Assembly: GCA_002316345.1 (NCBI GenBank)
Contig: DCDI01000115.1
Coordinates: forward strand, 1 to 53,631
Origin: Phyllobacteriaceae bacterium UBA1059
GTDB taxonomy: Bacteria > Pseudomonadota > Alphaproteobacteria > Rhizobiales > Rhizobiaceae
Length of the DNA stretch: 53,631 nucleotides
Direction of reading: 5' to 3'
Shown one piece after another: positions 1-10,988 of this stretch; positions within the stretch are counted from its first letter, which is position 1; every line of letters starts with the position of its first letter. Both the position numbers and the translations under genes were made by a program. The notes beneath the pieces are model-generated. The model was not told where the DNA came from and searched no databases. It saw only the letters and a list, made by a program, of their open reading frames with translations.

Positions 1-637
1 GGAGCCGCTCAAGGCGGACCATCCATCCTTGCCAGTCCGCGATCTGCCGATCGAGCGTGGCGACGACACCTTGTTCGACGTCCAGCCGGCGCGTGAATGC
101 AGCGATGGTCGAGCGCCCGCGCAGGCCCGCGCGAATACGCTCGAGCCGATCAATGCCGCTCGGCCCCTTGAGCGCCTGCCACTGGTCCTGCGGGTCGCGG
201 CTGTAGAACCGCTGCTGCGCTGCCTGGCCGAGGAAATGAGTGAGGGCGAGATAGGTCCCAAGATCGCTGATCGTGCGGCGGTCGGGCCGCGAAAGTTGCG
301 CGACGATGTCCACCATCGCCGTACCGCCGGTTGCGCTGCGCTCGACAGCATCGCCGTCCGAGAAAGTCAGCGCCACGCTATGCGACCCCGGCTCAGCCCC
401 CCGGCGCGTAAGGTAATCCTTCTCGACGAGCTTCCTGCGGCCCTTGTTGATATAGGGTTCGAACCGGCGGATCTTGTTGGTCAGTCCCCATTCGATCGCA
501 TCGAAGAAGCTGCTTTTTCCCAAGCCGTTAGTGCCGGTGAGCAGAACAAGACCGGGCGCCGCCGGAATGTCGATCGCAAAGTCGCCGAAGGTCCGGAAAT
601 CTTGGATAGCGATGCTGGAGAGGAAGATCTCGCTCAT
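1..637 (-). CDS. lmuB: SMC/Rad50-like ABC ATPase of an ABC-three-component (Lamassu) system, 5' part; runs off the window
   Basis: Not in the ORF track because it has no stop within the window. Read manually from ATG 637: MSEIFLSSIAIQDFRTFGDFAIDIPAAPGLVLLTGTNGLGKSSFFDAIEWGL, a Rad50/SbcC-type N-terminus with Walker A GTNGLGKS. ATGA overlap with the upstream gene's stop. Confidence 0.85.
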   Translation of the reverse strand, partial: MSEIFLSSIAIQDFRTFGDFAIDIPAAPGLVLLTGTNGLGKSSFFDAIEWGLTNKIRRFEPYINKGRRKLVEKDYLTRRGAEPGSHSVALTFSDGDAVERSATGGTAMVDIVAQLSRPDRRTISDLGTYLALTHFLGQAAQQRFYSRDPQDQWQALKGPSGIDRLERIRAGLRGRSTIAAFTRRLDVEQGVVATLDRQIADWQGWMVRLERL

Positions 638-1329
638 GCCTGACCCCTCCGACTCCAGGATTTGACCAACGCCGCGACAATCTCATCCGGCGTCTTCTTT
701 TCGTCGAGGGCGATCCGCTCCCATTCGTCCGCCGTCGTCCGCGGTAAACCCGGCGCAGTCGCTCCGGTGCCGCTCAGCTCATCGAGCGCCACATCCTCGA
801 ACTGGCCTTCGGCATGGACCCATGGCCGGGCGAGGAAGGTTCGCTTGAGAAAGTCAGCGAAACTCTGTTCGTCATTTAACGGGTCTTCGGGGCGTAGCCA
901 CGCCAGCTTGCGAGCGACACGGTCATCGCGCTCGACCATCAACGCCATTGCACGCCAGGCTTCTTGCCGTTCGCTTGCGCGTGGTCCCAATAGCATCAAC
1001 TGCAAGTCCAGCGTCTCGTTGGTGCCGAGGAACGAGCGCGCGACGACGCACTGGTTGCGGCAGCGCCGCAGCGTCTCGATCACCGCTTCCATGGTGGCAA
1101 CGTCGGGGAGGATGCCAAGCACGATATTGAAGCGATCGATCCGGATCGCATGACTCTCCGCCGGCAGATCGGTCGGACTGAGCGTCGTCGACGTGGTCGA
1201 TCCGCCGTTGAAGGTCGCGCTCGCCAGTTCGGGCCGATCCTCAACCTTGAGTCCGAGCTTTAGCGCCGCGCGGCGCAGCCGGTCAGCGAAATCAGCCAGT
1301 CCGGGTGACAGAGTCGCACTATCCGTCAT
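634..1329 (-). CDS. lmuC: ABC-3C middle component (LmuC-like), 231 aa
   Basis: Lies between the effector and the ABC ATPase with 4-nt overlaps at both ends. The ERDDRVARKLAWL segment resembles ABC-3C middle components. Confidence 0.7.
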   Translation of the reverse strand: MTDSATLSPGLADFADRLRRAALKLGLKVEDRPELASATFNGGSTTSTTLSPTDLPAESHAIRIDRFNIVLGILPDVATMEAVIETLRRCRNQCVVARSFLGTNETLDLQLMLLGPRASERQEAWRAMALMVERDDRVARKLAWLRPEDPLNDEQSFADFLKRTFLARPWVHAEGQFEDVALDELSGTGATAPGLPRTTADEWERIALDEKKTPDEIVAALVKSWSRRGQA

Positions 1330-3830
1330 GCCGCGCCTTTCATGATCGTCTTTTCGAGCGCCTCAAAGTGCCGCGTCTCCGCCGTCGCTAGCAGGGCGCG
1401 TAGCTCGGCCAAGCCCGCCGCCGCCGCGTCGATGAAATCGCGGCTGATCGACATGATCACCGGACCAGAGCCATCCGTATCGCTGAGCCCCGGCTGGTCG
1501 GTGTCGATCTGCGCGAACGGCCGCTCGGCGATTCGGCTGACCTCAATAGCGCTCTTGACTACGAGGATGACGAACTGAGTCTGCCACATGAACGACGCGG
1601 CACACAAAGACATCTCGTCACCGTTGATCATATCGGCCGCGCAGCCGTGGCCGGCCCATTCGCTGTCGCCATCGCGCAGGCGAACCAGATTGCCCGGTCT
1701 AGCACTTTTCGGGGATGTCGCGTCCCAAGCCGCAGCGATGGCGAGCGCGACCGCGGTGCCGCGTAGAATTGCAGGCCATTTGCTCGGGCCAACAAGAATT
1801 TGCGCTGCGTCGGGATGATCGTCCTCATCGACCGCACAAATCATCAAGCGCAGGAAATGATTTAGCAGTGCCGGGTCGTCGGTGAACGACGCATGCCAAA
1901 CCGCCCATGTCGTGGCCATCGCCGCCCGAAGATCCTGCGCGATCTTTACATTGATTGGGCGGCCCGGATCGGCATTGCTGGCGAAGAACGGTTGGAGGTG
2001 CGCGTCCAGCCGCTCAAGAAGCCAGCTGTCGAGCGACCGGTGGATCCGACGCGCAAGAATATCGGGCGGCAGTGAAACCGGGTCCTGGGCAGCGCCTCCG
2101 GGATTGCCGGCAATGATCTCCGGCATCGCCATGCCTTCGGCGTGTGGCGAATCCAGGCTGAGTTCTCGGACAAGCTGGCTCCACAGGCCGGGCGCGGCGT
2201 GGAGCCGGCAATTGCTGCTATGGCAGGCGACCCGCAGCACCGCACCCGCAACGGCACCAAGCGCCTCGGGACCATCCGGCAATATGATCTCGAAGGGATG
2301 TTGCTCGCTCCACGAACGGATGAGCTGGTCTGCCGCTATCGCGCCAGACCAGCGAATGTTGGTGCCTTCGCGCAACAGTTGCACCGATATGGGAAGCTGG
2401 TTGGCCGCCAGTCGCTGCAGTCGCGGCGCAAGGATATTCGCACTGCGCGCCGCCTCCTTGAACAGAGAACGTGCCAGTGCTGACAATTTCGGGACAAGCG
2501 TTGCCTCGCCGTATCGGGCGAGCCATTCTTTGTGCGTCACATCAAAGCTGTCCAGGTGTGGGGCAAAGGGTGCCCGCACCACATCGCGCTGGGGACCGCG
2601 CCGGACGATCACCGCATCCGCCGCAACCGCCTCCCCGGCGCAGTCGAGCCAAAAGGTGGCGACGACCGGTGCCGGATTCGGCGCGTTAATCCGGGCTACG
2701 ACATTGCAATGCAAGTGCCGGAACGAGCGCTGGGCGTCGCCCGCGCAAGCCTTGATAGTGAGATAGGCCGCGAGCCGGTTGAGCGTTGCCGTTGAGACGT
2801 CGAACAGTTCAGCATGCTGAGTCTGAAACGTGAGCTGCACGCCGGGACGGAGTTGCTGCGCGACCGCAGCGACCAGACCGATGTCGGTGAGGGACTGTAG
2901 AAGCTCGGCATCATAGGCCGCCATGAAATCAAAGCGGGCGCCATTGGCGTCCTCGACGCGGGCGCGCACATCGATTTCTGCAAGGATCGGCTTCAACGCC
3001 GCGATGCCGGGATGTTCGGAGATCAGTCGGATCATGCCGGCATGATCGAAATCGCGGGCTCCGGCGGCTACGAAATCGATCAGTCCACCATCGCCCGCGC
3101 CGCTGACGAAAAACCGAGGGGTCGGCCGACCTGCGAACTCGGCAACCGGAACGCCGGCATCGGTCCAATAGCTGGCGCTCTGTATAGCCGGCACCGGTTC
3201 GCCCGGTTCAAGCCCGAACCCGATGGCGAGAAACACCATGTGAAATTGTTCGCGCAGCCCGGCGCCTGGCGTTGGTGCCGGCGCATTAAGATCGGTGATG
3301 TCAAGCTGATACCCCTCAGCTGTCCGTGTCAGCGCGGTAACCTGATGGCGCAGCCGTCGCTCCAGGCGCGGCGCGAGCCTGATGACGATGTCCTCGAACC
3401 CAAGCAGAACATCGTCGCGAACGGCGCGACACGTTCCGGATTCCCAGTCAAGAATCGGCAGGTCGGCGATGGGATCGGTCGTGTAGTGCGCTGGCCAATC
3501 GTAGATATGCGGATCAAGCCGCCGACGATCGGTCGTCGACGGCAGGGGCAGAAGCGCATCGGCAGATTCGAACAAGACGACCTGCGACCCGGTGACCAGC
3601 GCGGCAGCCGCGGCTGCGGTGACGCCGGCCGCCCCACCGCCGACGACCGCGATCCTCGGATTGGCATTAAGGTAGCCAAGTTCCTTGAGCGCGTGGATTA
3701 ACGATAGCGCCCTGACCTGCTGGGAATAGAAGGTGATGCGCCGGTCGAAGCTGCCGATGACAAACAGGTTCGGCCGGTCGCGAACAGCCGAGCCATCAAG
3801 GATGTCCTGGGCAAGCAAGGCATCAACCAA
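1326..3830 (-). CDS. lmuA: Lamassu/ABC-3C effector: FAD/NAD(P)-dependent oxidoreductase (FMO-like) with a long C-terminal region
   Basis: Two Rossmann motifs (IAVVGGGAAG; FFVSGAGDGG), first gene of the three-gene operon. Start placed at TTG 3830 after a GGGAG Shine-Dalgarno; the ORF track extends it to 3932. Confidence 0.75.
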   Translation of the reverse strand: MVDALLAQDILDGSAVRDRPNLFVIGSFDRRITFYSQQVRALSLIHALKELGYLNANPRIAVVGGGAAGVTAAAAAALVTGSQVVLFESADALLPLPSTTDRRRLDPHIYDWPAHYTTDPIADLPILDWESGTCRAVRDDVLLGFEDIVIRLAPRLERRLRHQVTALTRTAEGYQLDITDLNAPAPTPGAGLREQFHMVFLAIGFGLEPGEPVPAIQSASYWTDAGVPVAEFAGRPTPRFFVSGAGDGGLIDFVAAGARDFDHAGMIRLISEHPGIAALKPILAEIDVRARVEDANGARFDFMAAYDAELLQSLTDIGLVAAVAQQLRPGVQLTFQTQHAELFDVSTATLNRLAAYLTIKACAGDAQRSFRHLHCNVVARINAPNPAPVVATFWLDCAGEAVAADAVIVRRGPQRDVVRAPFAPHLDSFDVTHKEWLARYGEATLVPKLSALARSLFKEAARSANILAPRLQRLAANQLPISVQLLREGTNIRWSGAIAADQLIRSWSEQHPFEIILPDGPEALGAVAGAVLRVACHSSNCRLHAAPGLWSQLVRELSLDSPHAEGMAMPEIIAGNPGGAAQDPVSLPPDILARRIHRSLDSWLLERLDAHLQPFFASNADPGRPINVKIAQDLRAAMATTWAVWHASFTDDPALLNHFLRLMICAVDEDDHPDAAQILVGPSKWPAILRGTAVALAIAAAWDATSPKSARPGNLVRLRDGDSEWAGHGCAADMINGDEMSLCAASFMWQTQFVILVVKSAIEVSRIAERPFAQIDTDQPGLSDTDGSGPVIMSISRDFIDAAAAGLAELRALLATAETRHFEALEKTIMKGAA

Positions 3831-4676
3831 CGACGCATACTCCCGCAATCGCTCGCGTTCGCCGTACCGGCACCAAAGCTGTAGGGTGATTTCTCGCACG
3901 CACGTTTGACAATCCGTTCCCCCTCCAGCCACGTCGCTGCGACGGCCTGCATATTAGCTTATGGGAAGAAATCGAGGGTGCCGCAAGATTCTGATAGGTC
4001 TTGCGAAATAGCTTCTAGCTGGACTCGCTGCCCGCCGCTCAACTTCATTGATTCGCCCCCGAGCAGCGTCCCGATCTACGCCGTAACAGGCGGTGACGGC
4101 GGCAGCCCATGGTGCTGATTGTGTCACACAATGAGCGTCTGGAGTTGCGATTATAGATCTTGAGGCTTCCATAGCGAGCCAAACGAAAATCCGCTTTTCA
4201 CATCTGACGACAATGGGGCGACCGGCGATATAGTGGCCGCTTGCGTCACTAGACCACTTGCGCATCCTAGAGGGCTATAGCGTACACATAGTTCCCATCA
4301 TCACTGTTCACAGCCCGCCAAACATCGCCGATTGCCCTCTATAGTGCGACATTGCCGGCGATCACCGCACGCCCACCAATCGGCATGCAAAACCGCCGAT
4401 TCTACACTACTGCCCTATATATTCTGACGATCGGCGACGGCAGCAGGCTACCGATCGCGACCATTCCATGTTTGGGCGCAAACTCCTAGCAGCTGCCAAA
4501 CGAAGAGCAAAGGAACACTGGGCGCATCGCGTTCGAACGGGGAGGTCAGCCTTCTTCGCTGCGATCATGCAAAACGGACATGCAAATCGCAGAGGTGGCA
4601 GCCACGACTATTTACACCTGCTCGACAAGGTATTTTTGGAAAAGGCTGAGCCTACACGCTGAGCGGGCCAGCAGAA

Positions 4677-7600
4677 TCACGCTCGTGACTTTAATGAAAG
4701 GTCGAGCACGACCACATCGATCAGACCTCGGATGTGTGGAGGAATTCTCTGCTCGATCATGTTCTTTAGTTCGGCCGGTGATTTTACTTCGTGCGTCTGA
4801 CGACCTGCCAAGGATTCCCCTGGCCCAAACCATAGCACGAGGTAGATGCCCTGTTGCGCGGCATCGGGATGGCTGCTGTAGCGCTCGTGCAATTGCGCTG
4901 ACGCCGCAGTGAAGAGTTCGCGATGCCATTGGCCTTTGACCTCGACAACGAGCAAGCGCCGCGATCCATCGATCATCGCAGCAGCCGTAATGTCGCATCG
5001 GTTTGAATCCACAAAATACTGCTCGATCACCACCAACAGATTGCGCGCACGCATCTGGGCATTGAGGTGGTCAACGATACGATCGCGGCAGCCGTTCTCA
5101 TCAAGCCGCTTTCCTCGCGGATGAAACACGGAAAGCGGGTTGGTTTCCGCGTAACGAAGCCATGTCTGGTAGTCTGAAAAGTCCTGCACGAGGACGGCTC
5201 GAAGGTCCTCGACGCTCGCGATCCGATTGTGATTGAGCAACTCATTCACTGCGACAGCTGAGGGCGGTTCGAATGCCAGAAGCGCCTTCTTGCGCAGGGC
5301 GGCAGCCTTGAGGCTTTTCGCCTCTGCGTGAAAATCCACGAATCTTGTATCAGCAAGAATGCGATCGAGCGCGGCAATCGCGTTCTGCAGCTCGTCGCGG
5401 CTTATGGTGTAGATCACCTCCGTGAGAAAACGGTACGCTGTTTCTCCGTCCGGCGAGTGAGAACCCCAACTGCTTGGCAAGTACACTTTGGGCCAGGCAT
5501 CGATGTAAATATCGAGGATGCCATATACCTTGTTTGCGGAGAGTGTTGGCCAACCGCGATGCTCGTCGCGTGACATTCGCCCAGCGTATTGCTCGATGGA
5601 CAGGAGGACACTCGGGTCGCTCCTGAGATACGCCCAGATTGGTTCAGGTGGATCAGAGAGGAAAAAGAAGCCGCGAAGCAGCCAGAATGCGCTGGGTCCA
5701 TGCCGGCCGCCGTTCTCTCACCAGCGTCCGACTGAACCTCTTCACATCGCGACGAAATGAGCGCGTTGAGGGCAGCCCGGTCGCCATGCTCGGCCGCGAG
5801 ATTGAACAGCGTATCACGCGCATTGTAAGGCATGAACGGGAACCGCGTCAGCCATTCAAGCGGTAGATGCGCTCTTAAATTGCTGAATGCCGCCTTGTAG
5901 TTCAGCCAGCTAACGTCCGTGGCAGCTTCCGGCGAATGCAACAATTGCGGCTCGATGAAAGCACGCGCGAACGCCTCGGCGTCGGCATCGCTTGCGAGTA
6001 TGAGGCGGTCGATCTCAGCCTCAAATTCCTCGCTCTCGTTCTCGCGGTAGCCCGGATAGCTGCCGACATCGGTTTTGACCGCTCTGAGAACATCGTGATC
6101 GATGTGCTCCAGCGTCCGCTCTCTGCGGAAGGTCGCCAGACATGCTGCATGCAGGACACGCGTCACCACCAGTCTATCTGCGCTGAGCTTTGCCAGGGTG
6201 GGTGTATGCGGGGTCAACAGCGCAAACGCGTTGCACAGCGCGATGTCGGCTGTTGCGACGTCATCCAGAAACTCTGTGAGCTTTTCCGGTTCGAGCAGGT
6301 AGTATTGGGCGATGTCACGAACCGCGCCCCAATGCTGCCCGGCTTCGATGCGCGCTCTGTTTTCGCGGAAGAAGGTGGCCCTGTTTTCTTTTTCGGCGCT
6401 TTCCCGAAGTTGCCAGCGGCGCTGCCGGCGGGACCATCGTTCTTGCTGTTCTGAGCGGAGCTTGCGTGACCCTCTCTCAAGCTCTCCCCAGATTCTTGAG
6501 AATCGCGGATCGCTGCGTGCGTGTTTACGCAGATGAGCCCTTAGCGGATCAGGCCCCTTGTTTTCCGACCAGACATTATGACTTGCGTAAAATCCCGCCC
6601 AGAGAGCCAGATTTCCGGTCGAAAATGCTTCCGATGTAATTGCTACCAAGTCCTCCGATTTCATCCGCAGTCCGGCATGGCCATCGCTGCTCCAAAAGCG
6701 CGTACCCGCCTTCCAGACTGCCTGTTTGTCGGGGAGTTCGGCCATCGCAATAAGGTAGATGGCGCGTCGCGACCCGTCCTCCTCCTGAAGGCGCTTTATG
6801 GCGCTGCTACTCTCGGGTGATCGACGATCGGGAAAGATGAGGTGCTGTGTCCAGCGCCAGACACGCTGCGGATCGTAGGGGCCATCTGCCAGTTCGAAAT
6901 AACGATCGAGCAGCGATCCGACTATCTTGCTCGGGCCAGGCCGGCACTCGCACTCGTAGGATCGTGACTTGCCGCATGTGCATTGGAGATCGCTCGTCAG
7001 GTCATCGAGCAGCGCGATCTGGGTCGTCAGATCAAACCCGGCTATCATCTGCTTCGTATGATAGCGAAGGTTGAACCGGGACTCGCTGTCTTCGTGCGCC
7101 CGCTTGGATGTCCTTTTCCCGACCCCTCTCAGGAGGGCGATGATCGCCGACAGTTCAATCGATTTCCGGAGTATTTCGACGCTTTCGACAGCAATCCGCA
7201 GCGAGGCGGAGTCACTTTTTTTAACCAGCGAATTGGTGAGCGAAGTGTGGTTATAGGATGCAAAACCGACCAGGATGCGCTGCGCGCGGATGCGGGCATA
7301 TACGTCCATGCTGGCATCAAGAACGATATCGCGAAGGGTGTCAGCCAATTGCGATGCAATCGGCGATCCGTCCAGCAGCTCCAGAAGGAGGTTGCGAAGA
7401 TCCGATGACGTTCCGCTCCCCGACAGCGCCGAGCGCACGTCTTCTACGATTTCCGGGGTGAGCAGTCCGGCCACGCTGAAGCGACGCCATGCGTCACTTC
7501 GCCGAAAATACGGGTCGACTTCGGACAGTTCCTGAAGCGACTTAAGCAAGAGGCGTTTGGATGAGGAGGAAAGCTGCGACGGGTCCCCATTGGCCAACAC

Positions 7601-8668
7601 TGCATAGGGGTCGATCCGAATGCAGGCTTCCTGTGTCTGCGGGTTGCCGAGCGACGCCACCCAACCGAGGAGTCCGCGAAGTTCGTCACGCACGACGTTG
7701 TTGGGAGCAACGACTGACAAGACACGGCTGAGCATCAGATTGTCAGCATTGTCCTCCGTGCGGCGAACCAGATATCGGGCGGCGCAGTATTCGGCGACGA
7801 TCCGGTGCACCGGCTCATGGTTGGTCAGTTCGTTTGTGGGTTTGAAGAGGCGCGTATTGAGTGCGATACCCACAGTGCCTGCATCTGCCGTGCTGAGCGA
7901 AAACAGGTATGGAAAATCTCGATCGCCGCTGTCTGCAACGGAAAGCCCGCTGGCTCCAGCCAGCATCGTCTTCGCAAACAACTCCTCGGCGATGACGACG
8001 ATGCTCTCGATGGGCGGGCGGTTTCTTTGCCATTCAGACGAGATGGACTCAGATGCGAGCTTCTCGATGGCGTCAACAAAGATTTGCCGTTTCGAGATGA
8101 GCTGTCTTCCGCGCCTGACATAGGCGTCTGCGAACAGCTTCAGGAACTGCGGGTTGCCCAAGAGCGGCGACAAGTCGAACCGCTCGACCTCCTCACTAAA
8201 TCGCGCGAACTCCTCTCCGGGAACATGCTGCTCGAAAAGTGCTCTTTGCTCTTCTCGTGTGAAGGGCTGTAGTCGGATAACGGCAGCGTCTATCCCGAAG
8301 GCTTCCTTGAGCAGGTGCGTGCGCGGCGTATCCCATTCGCTCGACCGCGAGGCCATGACAACGCGGCTGGCACCTGTCGCGCGGGCTTTCTCGATTACCT
8401 GATCTATGGCCGATTGATCGATCTTTGCGAGTTCGTCAAGGGCATCGATGACGAGCGCGTGGACTCCCGACGGAATTTCGCGGTGCCGGAACAAACTCGC
8501 CCGGATTGGCGCGGTGCCCGTTCGGGCTCCGAGGCTGCGGAGAAGTTCGGATTTCCCGGCGCCGGGCTCGGCCAAGACAAGGACGATTTCGTATTTCGAC
8601 AGCAAGTCCTCCTCAGTGACAATCGTGTCACCGAGTTGTAGACCGCGTTGTACGTAGTGTTCCCGCAT
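4677..8668 (-). pseudogene. STAND/NACHT-like NTPase with C-terminal PD-(D/E)xK nuclease (~1330 aa if joined), split by one frameshift near 5690-5718
   Basis: Walker A AEPGAGKS, Walker B LVIDALDE and an LLGNPQFLKL motif in 5414..8680. The frame of 4677..5576 is open upstream (AFWLLRGFFFLSDPPEPIWAYL) to a TGA near 5718 and carries RCD...VEVKG. Confidence 0.75.
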
Positions 8669-8865
8669 GGCGTGAAGCATAAATTCGGCAACGGGGAGTC
8701 TCTACAGGCAACTGAGACTTTCCCGTGCATTTTTCTGATCGCATGGCTTCACGTCACCAATGGTGCCCTGGCTGCATTCCCATTAAGGGTCATCACAAGT
8801 CAGCGTAGATAAACATTAAAGGAGCTCGACGCTCACGGAAGGCGTCCAAACCCCCGCTCCGGATG

Positions 8866-9736
8866 TTAGCCAATCTCGCGGCAACGCCTGGGTCTATGAT
8901 GAAGGTGGAACAGCGTGGATCGCTGCAACCCACACGGCCTGATCGTCTTACCGCGCAGACCACCAACAAAGGTGCGACGCAGCTTATCGACGAGTTTTAA
9001 GGCCTTCCTGATTTTTGCTTTCGTTGGTACGTTCCGCAAGTGATGCAGCGAAGGTATCCGGCGTATTATTTCCCTTCGCGTGTGCGCCATATACCGTTGT
9101 TGAGCGAGGCAATCCTATATTCGAAGGCGGTCTGGAACGCAGGCAGGGAGCTTTCTTCCTGAAACGGCGTCTGAAAGGCCGGTCGCTGGAATATCACGGC
9201 AATCTGCGCCAAGGCTTCATCGTCGGTCAGGCCGGGAAAATCGTTCGCAAAATGGCGGAGTTCATCAGGACGGTCCGGAAACCGTTCGCCGTCGCAGAAG
9301 CGTCGCAGGAGATCGTCTCCGATCAAACGGAGATGTTCTTCAAATCGACTCCGGACCATATCGTCAGCGACGTTGTCCTCGCACTGACTGCAGCCTCTTT
9401 GACTGCATCGCGTCTTGTCGCAGAGACAGCGCCACCCACAACGAACTTGAACGTCTTGAGTTTGTTCGAGGACGCTGCGATGGCGCGCGTCATGTCCTCT
9501 TCTGCCTTCTTTTTCGTCAGCGTTTTACGACTGACACATTGAATGACGCTGGATCAAAACCCATCATTTTCGAGCGGTTCTTGTCACACAATGTCGCGTC
9601 CGCCGTCGCTGTCGGTCTGCCCATACCAGGCAAGGTCAGACCAGCCCGCGCGAACATGGTAGGCAGGCACAAGCCGCTCAAACTCGGAGCCACCGATGTC
9701 TTCGAAATGGATACGTTGAACAAGGCGAGAGGGCAT
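8866..9736 (-). pseudogene. Decayed Mrr-like restriction-endonuclease-domain protein
   Basis: From ATG 9736: MPSRLVQRIHFEDIGGSEFERLV...WYGQTDSDGGRDIV*...IQC. In-frame TGA at 9584-9586 and 9554-9556, frameshifts near 9345 and 9070 linking to ORFs 9066..9359 and 8866..9090. Confidence 0.65.
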
Positions 9737-10223
9737 GGATTTAAATGACAAGCGCTGGTCTCTGCTACAGGGTGGATACCGCGCTCCTTATGACGCAAGC
9801 GCTGCGCTGCAAAGATTAGCAAGTGGCGACATGACAGCTTGGGAAGAGCTCTGGGAGGAACTCCATCATCAAAGCGATGTCGGTGAAGCGTCGTATGCCG
9901 CGTTGCCTGAGATCGTGCGATTGCACAAAGTAAGTAGCAAAGGCGAATGGAATACCTACGCACTGGCCGCGACGATCGAAAGATCGCGTCTCAATGGCCG
10001 CAATCCACCGCTTCCTGACTGGCTGAAACGGGACTACGATGCCGCTTGGGCGGAATTGCAGAAGCTCGCTCTCCAAGAGTTGCCCCAGGCTGCCAACGAT
10101 GCGTTGGCCGACAGCATCATAGCCGTACTTGCGCTTACAAAGGGACGGCGCACCCTCGCGGGTTTGGTGATGCTGACCGAAGACGAAAGGCAGGAAATCG
10201 TCAGCACGTACGGTGTTCTGTGA
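9735..10223 (+). CDS. Hypothetical all-helical protein, 162 aa
   Basis: Natural-looking composition (WEELWEELHHQSDVGEASYAALPEIV); purine-rich AGAGGG just upstream. Confidence 0.7.
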   Translation: MDLNDKRWSLLQGGYRAPYDASAALQRLASGDMTAWEELWEELHHQSDVGEASYAALPEIVRLHKVSSKGEWNTYALAATIERSRLNGRNPPLPDWLKRDYDAAWAELQKLALQELPQAANDALADSIIAVLALTKGRRTLAGLVMLTEDERQEIVSTYGVL

Positions 10224-10261
10224 TCGATCTTCGATGGCCGCTTTCCACTTATTCCGGTCCA

Positions 10262-10800
10262 TCAGCAGGGTGCCAAAGCAAGGCACAGCTTGACAGCGCG
10301 CGCCCGATTATAGAAGCCGTCGTTGTTCGACAGCACAATCACCGGCTGATGCGCGAGTTTCGGCTGGAACGCCCGTTCACAGCTACAGTAACAGCTGTTG
10401 CTATCGATCCGCGCGTAGACGCGGCCTGGACCCGGGTTTTGTGCAGGGTCCATGTGGCCGCTCCCCAGACCTCCACCTGCGCCATGTCACCATCGGGAAC
10501 GCCGGCATGTCGCGGTTGGCGAAGGCCAGCCGCAGGGGTCGGCCGTTGCGGTACAGCTTGAGGCTGGTTTTGCCGTTGATGACGGCCACCACCACGTACC
10601 GTACCACGGTGCCACGCTGCGGTCGACCACCACCACGTCCCCGTCGAAGATGCCGGCGTCGCGCATGGAGTGCCCGGACACGCGCCACAGGAACGTCGCC
10701 GGTCGGTTCCGGACCAGGATGCGGGTGAGATCGAGCTCGCCGTCGAGGAAATGTCGGCGGGGCTCGAGGACCCCGCGCAGATCCGCATACCCATCATGGG
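10262..10800 (-). pseudogene. umuD-like S24 peptidase and 5' end of a umuC-like Y-family polymerase, both degraded
   Basis: Across frames: FLDGELDLTRILVRNRPATFLWRVSGHSMRDAGIFDGDVVVVDRS (UmuD) and IDSNSCYCSCERAFQPKLAHQPVIVLSNNDG (UmuC N-terminus), with frameshifts and truncation. Confidence 0.8.
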
Positions 10801-10988
10801 CAGGCGATCGGCCAGGCTGAGGGTGTACCCAGGTAGGCAAGCGTAGAAGTAAGGATGCGAATATGTGGAGCATAACAGGAACAATTTCCCGTCGGCAAAT
10901 GATTTTGTGTGCGCCTTTCATGGGCGGGCCGGCCAGTCCTGATAACAGGCATCGACAGGATCAGCCTGGATGCTCCTGCAGGTGATCC

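Noticed and set aside
29..643. 204-aa plus-strand ORF
   Set aside because: Antisense shadow of the minus-strand ABC ATPase, which has a clear Walker A motif and operon coupling.
3954..4662. Short ORFs between lmuA and the STAND gene
   Set aside because: No motifs or convincing RBS; treated as intergenic or decayed DNA.
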